A DNA stretch of 64,000 nucleotides from Acutalibacteraceae bacterium (GTDB taxonomy: Bacteria; Bacillota; Clostridia; Oscillospirales; Acutalibacteraceae). Position numbers and translations under genes: made by a program. The notes below the pieces were generated by a model, which was not told the DNA's origin, searched no databases, and worked only from the letters and a program-made list of their open reading frames with translations. The stretch is taken from NCBI GenBank assembly GCA_045594795.1, contig JAZNZF010000001.1:3917-67916 (forward strand), in the 5' to 3' direction. Below are positions 59,458-64,000 of this stretch, one piece after another. How positions within the stretch are numbered: the first letter of the stretch is position 1; every line of letters begins with the position of its first letter.

Positions 59458-60012
59458 CTATATATCCATCCCTTTCAACTCTCTATATAACCTATTGGCA
59501 GGCAACCCCATAACGTTATAATAATCGCCTTTAATCCATTTAACAAACCTACAACCCAAGCCCTGAACGGCATACGAACCTGCTTTGTCCATAGGCTCTC
59601 CCGAACTAATATAATCTTCTATTTCCGAGTCAGTTAAGTTATCGAAGGCAACTTCGCTACACTCGGTAAAGCTAATAGTTTTTTTCGAATTAATTATAGC
59701 TACACCCGTATATACTTTATGAATATTACCCGACAAAAGCTTAAGCATTTCTTTTGCCTCTACTTTATCTTTGGGTTTGCCAAGGATTTTATCCTTTATC
59801 ACCACAACGGTATCAGACCCAATAACCGTGTCGTTAGGATGTAATATAAAGCCCGCTTTTGCCTTGCGCAATGCCAACAGTTCTGCAACTTGCGAAAACT
59901 GAACGCTACTACGAACAGTTTCGTCAACATCAACGGGGTCACAAATAAAATTAAATTGTAGCTTTTCTAAAATTTCTTTTCGCCTTGGCGAGTTTGAAGC
60001 TAAAACGAGCAA
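59458..60012 (-). CDS. maf: Maf-family nucleoside triphosphate pyrophosphatase
   Basis: LASNSPRRKEIL N-terminus, 184 aa. TTG start lies 7 nt after AGGTG. Confidence 0.9.
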   Translation of the reverse strand: MLVLASNSPRRKEILEKLQFNFICDPVDVDETVRSSVQFSQVAELLALRKAKAGFILHPNDTVIGSDTVVVIKDKILGKPKDKVEAKEMLKLLSGNIHKVYTGVAIINSKKTISFTECSEVAFDNLTDSEIEDYISSGEPMDKAGSYAVQGLGCRFVKWIKGDYYNVMGLPANRLYRELKGMDI

Positions 60013-60048
60013 TTATAAACACCTAACATAAGTAAAATATAATTGTTA

Positions 60049-60077
60049 ATTATAACAAAAATTAACTAAGTATACAA
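60049..60077 (-). promoter_or_regulatory. Candidate promoter of the maf-mreBCD-mrdA operon
   Basis: Minus strand reads TTGTAT, 17 nt, TATAAT. Confidence 0.4.
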
Positions 60078-60091
60078 GTCTTTTAGCAAAA

Positions 60092-60763
60092 TTACAGTTT
60101 TGGTTTTCTGCCGCAGGAACTCTTTTCACGGCAAAAGCCTGTATATTCACATTTAGGCATAAAATAGTTTTCAACAACGTATTTCCATTCGTCAGAATAT
60201 TCACTTAAAGCCTTACACAAATCGTTAAAAAGTCTGCGATATTCATGGTATGCTCGAGTGCACATTCTCTGCCTTGACATATCCATTAAATTACGAAGAT
60301 TGTGTTTGCAAACAACCTTGGTGGTCATACCAAGCGGTAGCAATAATGCCGAATCTTCTCTTGGCACGCCAGCCGCTTCAAGCTTTTGCAAGGATGAAAG
60401 TATATTGTCCATTGCACTAATATATTCGTTTTTAATATTTTCATCTTTTTCTATTGATGGAGGTATAACGTAATCGAAACCTTTTTGGTAGTCAATGTAT
60501 CTTGTGCTTGCCTGCAAGCGTGTTGGCGAACCACCAATATGGGTATACCATTCGCGAATAACACGGGCGGAATATCCGTCTAATATTATATAAACATCAG
60601 GAAATTCGAAAGTTCTGCCATGTTCACTTTCAAAACAGCTTATGCCACGTTTATAGTTTTTCTCGGGGTCGGTTATATCTCCTCCCCAGCATACACCTGC
60701 TTGACTACCAATCATAGTAATCGGGTTTTTAACAGTATATTCTTCAATAATAACCCTTGCCAT
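60092..60763 (-). CDS. thyX: ThyX-like FAD-dependent thymidylate synthase (divergent motif)
   Basis: Thy1-like pattern (EHGRTFEF..., ...QASTRY). ATG at 60763 follows AAAGGGGAAA; the ORF-track start at 60802 would run into an upstream hairpin. Confidence 0.7.
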   Translation of the reverse strand: MARVIIEEYTVKNPITMIGSQAGVCWGGDITDPEKNYKRGISCFESEHGRTFEFPDVYIILDGYSARVIREWYTHIGGSPTRLQASTRYIDYQKGFDYVIPPSIEKDENIKNEYISAMDNILSSLQKLEAAGVPREDSALLLPLGMTTKVVCKHNLRNLMDMSRQRMCTRAYHEYRRLFNDLCKALSEYSDEWKYVVENYFMPKCEYTGFCREKSSCGRKPKL

Positions 60764-60863
60764 TGCTATTTCCCCTTTACAAAAAAAGTAAATAAAAAGC
60801 ACTATATAAGTCTATTATAACTCATATAATGCTTTTTTTAAAGTATTAATTTTAAATTTCTAA

Positions 60864-61880
60864 TTAAAATTTCATTCTGCCGTAGGTTTTTAAAATCTTA
60901 AGAATTTCTTCTTTGGATTTCATACCGCCTATAGAATCAGCTGAGGTAAGATTACATACCGCAGCTCCCGAAGCAAATTCGAGCATCTCGAGGTCACTCA
61001 TACCATTGTAAAGACCGTACAGACAACCTGCGCAGAATGCGTCACCAGCACCGCAAGTACCCTTAATCATACTACGCGGTATATCGATTGAACCGATACT
61101 TGTGAACTCACCATCCGAATTCAAGCAGAATCCCGCTTCCTTACAGTGAACAATAACCTTATCCTTAACACCAAATTCAAAAAACTTTTCCATTGTTTTG
61201 CGAATATTATCTACGTTAACTGTGCCATCGGGATTACGTGGGTCTAAGCCGGTAACACCGCAAGACTCAATTTCATTAATAATACAGTAGTTAGTGTATT
61301 TGAGGGCCGGAATAATTTTTTCTTTATAGGCACCTGTGTTGTCACTAACAACATCAAAAGAGGTTTTAATATTGTTATCTTGACATCTTTTTAAGAAACG
61401 AGCCATAACGGTACCGTACTCATCATCGGGCATATCAAATGCTTTAAGCAGCAGAATATAACCGATATGCAACATTTTGCAATTAAGAATTTCAACCGAA
61501 ACGTCGTCGGGTGAGAACAAATCATTAGCACCACCATCAGTAAAGAAGGTACGTGCACCTCCAATTTTCTCGGTCATAACATCGGTGAATGCAGTTGAAA
61601 CACCGCTTGTGACTAGAACGCCGCTTGTATCGATATTATGGTTTTGAAACTGAGAAATTATGTAACTACCATTATCGTCGTCACCAACCCTGCCAACTGC
61701 GGCAAGTGGCATTTCATTGTCAATAATTGAAATATCGATAATTGTGTTGCTTACGCAACCGCCAACCGCCTTGTCGGTAGAAATGATTTTTGCAAGCATA
61801 CCCTTTTCGGGGTAGGATTCCACGATTTTTAAGTTATCGATAATAATATTACCTGCTATAACTATACCTTTTTTATCCAT
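60864..61880 (-). CDS. PfkB-family carbohydrate kinase
   Basis: 338 aa with a C-terminal GAGDAFCAG anion-hole motif. Confidence 0.8.
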   Translation of the reverse strand: MDKKGIVIAGNIIIDNLKIVESYPEKGMLAKIISTDKAVGGCVSNTIIDISIIDNEMPLAAVGRVGDDDNGSYIISQFQNHNIDTSGVLVTSGVSTAFTDVMTEKIGGARTFFTDGGANDLFSPDDVSVEILNCKMLHIGYILLLKAFDMPDDEYGTVMARFLKRCQDNNIKTSFDVVSDNTGAYKEKIIPALKYTNYCIINEIESCGVTGLDPRNPDGTVNVDNIRKTMEKFFEFGVKDKVIVHCKEAGFCLNSDGEFTSIGSIDIPRSMIKGTCGAGDAFCAGCLYGLYNGMSDLEMLEFASGAAVCNLTSADSIGGMKSKEEILKILKTYGRMKF

Positions 61881-61899
61881 AAAGCAAGCCTCCTGCGTA

Positions 61900-63126
61900 T
61901 TATTGAGTCACAAATCTGTGGTGAACCTTTTTGCCTTTTTTAACAATAATACCATCGGCAAAATCAGCAACGTCATAAGAAGTATTAGGGTCGGAAAGCT
62001 TAACGTCATTAACCGAAACGCCGCCCTGTTGTATTAGCCTTCTACCCTCGCCTTTTGATGGAATAAGACCACCCTTTAGCATAAGGTCAAGAATTGCAAT
62101 TTTACCATCAGTAAAGTCATCACCCGAAAGAGAGGTTGTTGGCATTTCGGAAATATCCATAGCGCCGCCAAATAAAGAACGTGCTGTTTTTTGCGCTGCA
62201 TTTGCAGCATCTCCACCGTGTATAAGTTTGGTAAGTTCGTAAGCAAGCAACTCTTTTACAGGGTTAAGCTGTTGACCTTCAAGACTCTCATACTTAGCAA
62301 TTTCCTCAAGCGGAACAAAGGTAAGCATTTTTAAGCACTTAATAACGTCGGCATCGTCAACGTTGCGCCAGTACTGATAGAAATCATATGGAGAGGTTTT
62401 ATTAGGGTCAAGCCAAACCGCGCCATTCTCGGTTTTACCCATTTTTTTGCCTTCACTTGTTAGTAGCAAATTACAGGTCATTGCATATGCTTCGCGGTTG
62501 TCACACTTGCGAATAAGCTCTACACCGCCTATCATATTACTCCACTGATCATCGCCGCCAAGCTGCATTAAGCAACCGTATTTTCTGTTAAGGGTAAGGA
62601 AATCGTAGCTTTGCATTAGCATATAGTTAAGCTCGAAGAACGAAAGTCCTCTTTCCAAGCGCTGTTTATAGCATTCAAAACTGAGCATTCTATTAACCGA
62701 GAAATGAACACCAATTTCCCTAATAAAGTTGATATAGTTCAAATCAAGCAACCAGTCACCATTGTTAACGATTAAAGCCTTATCGTCAGTGAAATCGATA
62801 AGCTTAGACATTTGAGCCTTAAAGCACTCGATATTATGCTCGATATCCTCGCGGGTTAGCATTTTACGCATATCTGTTTTGCCCGATGGGTCACCTATCA
62901 TACCGGTACCACCGCCAAAAAGGGCAATTGGTCTGTGGCCGTGGCGTTGCATATGCGACATTACAACAACTGCAACAAAATGGCCAACGTGTAGGCTATC
63001 TGCTGTGGGGTCAAATCCAATATAAAAAGTAACAGGCTTATCACCGTCGATAAGTTTTCTTACCTCTTCTTCGTTGGTAGACTGTGCCAAAAGGCCACGA
63101 GCCTTAAGTTCTTCAAATAAAGTCAT
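61900..63126 (-). CDS. tyrS: Tyrosine--tRNA ligase
   Basis: HIGH-type LHVGH, KMSKS-type KMGKT and a C-terminal S4 domain. Confidence 0.95.
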   Translation of the reverse strand: MTLFEELKARGLLAQSTNEEEVRKLIDGDKPVTFYIGFDPTADSLHVGHFVAVVVMSHMQRHGHRPIALFGGGTGMIGDPSGKTDMRKMLTREDIEHNIECFKAQMSKLIDFTDDKALIVNNGDWLLDLNYINFIREIGVHFSVNRMLSFECYKQRLERGLSFFELNYMLMQSYDFLTLNRKYGCLMQLGGDDQWSNMIGGVELIRKCDNREAYAMTCNLLLTSEGKKMGKTENGAVWLDPNKTSPYDFYQYWRNVDDADVIKCLKMLTFVPLEEIAKYESLEGQQLNPVKELLAYELTKLIHGGDAANAAQKTARSLFGGAMDISEMPTTSLSGDDFTDGKIAILDLMLKGGLIPSKGEGRRLIQQGGVSVNDVKLSDPNTSYDVADFADGIIVKKGKKVHHRFVTQ

Positions 63127-63150
63127 ATTTACATATCCTTTCGATATAAT

Positions 63151-64000
63151 TTACACTTTTGTTTCTATAAGTTCTTTTGCAGTATTATACAGGTTCTCTG
63201 TAATCTCAGAGCCCGACATTATTCGAGCAACCTCGCAAACACGCTTATCACCCGTTAAACTTTCAACCGATGTAAAGGTAGAGTTTTCATCACTACTCTT
63301 CGAGATTAGCAGATGGTTATCAGCTATAGCTGCAATCTGTGCTAAGTGGGTGATACATATAACCTGCCGCAAGGCAGAAACTTTTTTAAGCTGTATGCCA
63401 ATTTTGCGCGCTGCCCTACCACTAATACCTGTATCAATTTCATCGAAAATCAAGGTGTCAACGTCGTCTTTGTCGGCAAGTACGCTTTTGATTGATAACA
63501 TAATTCGCGAAAGTTCGCCACCTGATGCAATTTTGGAAAGCGGCATAAGCGACTGTCCTTTGTTTGTTGATATCAAAAACTCGACCTTATCCGTACCAAT
63601 TGCAGTATAGCTACCTTGATTAATGCGAACGCTAAAGATAACATTCTCCATATCCAAGAACTGTAGTACAGCACAGATATCGTTTGATAGATTTTTGGCT
63701 GCCGACTGCCGCCTTACCGATAATTTTTTAGCTTTTTCAATAAGCTGATTTTGAATAACAACCAGCTGATTTTCGTATTCTGTTTTTTTGTTAGAATTAA
63801 TGCTTATTTCGTCTAATTCTTTTTTATAGTTAGAGAGCGAACTTATTAAGTGCTGCTCGTCACCATCATATTTTCGCATAAGGGTATGCAAAAAGTCAAG
63901 CCTATTTTGTATCTTTTCTAACTCTTCTGGGCTAAAATCTAACGTATCGTTAAGTTTTTTAGCATCTGACCTTAAAGCTTTAAGCTCTAAAACTGCAGAA
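63151..64000 (-). CDS. recN: DNA repair protein RecN (3' part; gene continues beyond the window end)
   Basis: SMC-type signature ASGGELSRIMLSIK and Walker B LIFDEIDTGISG. The reading frame stays open from 63892 to position 64000 with RecN-like sequence (LDFSPEELEKIQNRLDFLHTLMRKY). Confidence 0.9.
   Translation of the reverse strand, partial: SAVLELKALRSDAKKLNDTLDFSPEELEKIQNRLDFLHTLMRKYDGDEQHLISSLSNYKKELDEISINSNKKTEYENQLVVIQNQLIEKAKKLSVRRQSAAKNLSNDICAVLQFLDMENVIFSVRINQGSYTAIGTDKVEFLISTNKGQSLMPLSKIASGGELSRIMLSIKSVLADKDDVDTLIFDEIDTGISGRAARKIGIQLKKVSALRQVICITHLAQIAAIADNHLLISKSSDENSTFTSVESLTGDKRVCEVARIMSGSEITENLYNTAKELIETKV

Noticed and set aside
58620-59513. 297-aa plus-strand ORF opposite mreB (similar long antisense ORFs at 22899-23489, 52388-52918 and 63074-63610)
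   Set aside because: These are shadow ORFs antisense to strongly recognisable genes (mreB, ruvA/B, hisS, recN). They have Ser/Pro/Ala-rich low-complexity composition and no RBS.
60795-60845. Hairpin GCATTATAT...ATATAGTGC plus T-run as a terminator after the PfkB kinase gene, with a thyX promoter in its loop
   Set aside because: The stem is AT-rich, with a 15-nt loop and a G-T pair, and the -35 candidate (TTTAAA) is poor. It is too weak to list as a feature, though it supports the shorter thyX start.

Overview
This is a low-GC, Firmicutes/Clostridia-type core chromosomal region from an endospore former: dpaAB, bofA and spoVM are all present. About 60 of roughly 64 genes are on the minus strand, packed into long, often overlapping operons. 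Reading left to right: murC; dpaA-dpaB (+); addB-addA; bofA; a sugar-transferase plus aminotransferase pair; a small accessory islet at about 12.1-13.4 kb; tRNA-Gly; clpE-like; cvpA; truA; ecfA1-ecfA2-ecfT; ruvCAB; tRNA-Lys (+); type III glutamine synthetase; argS with DUF1934 and murI; pcrA. Next comes the conserved B. subtilis 'ylo' cluster (yicC-remA-gmk-rpoZ-priA-def-fmt-rsmB-rlmN-stp-prkC-rsgA-thiN-spoVM). After that: aspS/hisS; mgsA; minD-like; the maf-mreBCD-PBP2 cluster; a thyX-like gene; a PfkB kinase; tyrS; and the 3' part of recN. I found no CRISPR array, transposase, integrase or prophage. The supplied ORF track (60-aa cutoff) misses three short genes: rpoZ (59 aa), spoVM (28 aa) and a 48-aa membrane ORF. 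The one clearly unusual stretch is the islet. It holds a frameshifted four-helix-bundle gene translationally coupled to a FlaR-like P-loop kinase. Immediately upstream lies a 170-nt non-coding 'ladder' of eight heptamers (RTGAAAT x4, then ATTTCAY x4), with seven different perfect mini-hairpins filling the gaps between them. I cannot assign this ladder to any element class I know. All product calls rest on motif and synteny recognition by eye; no database search was possible.
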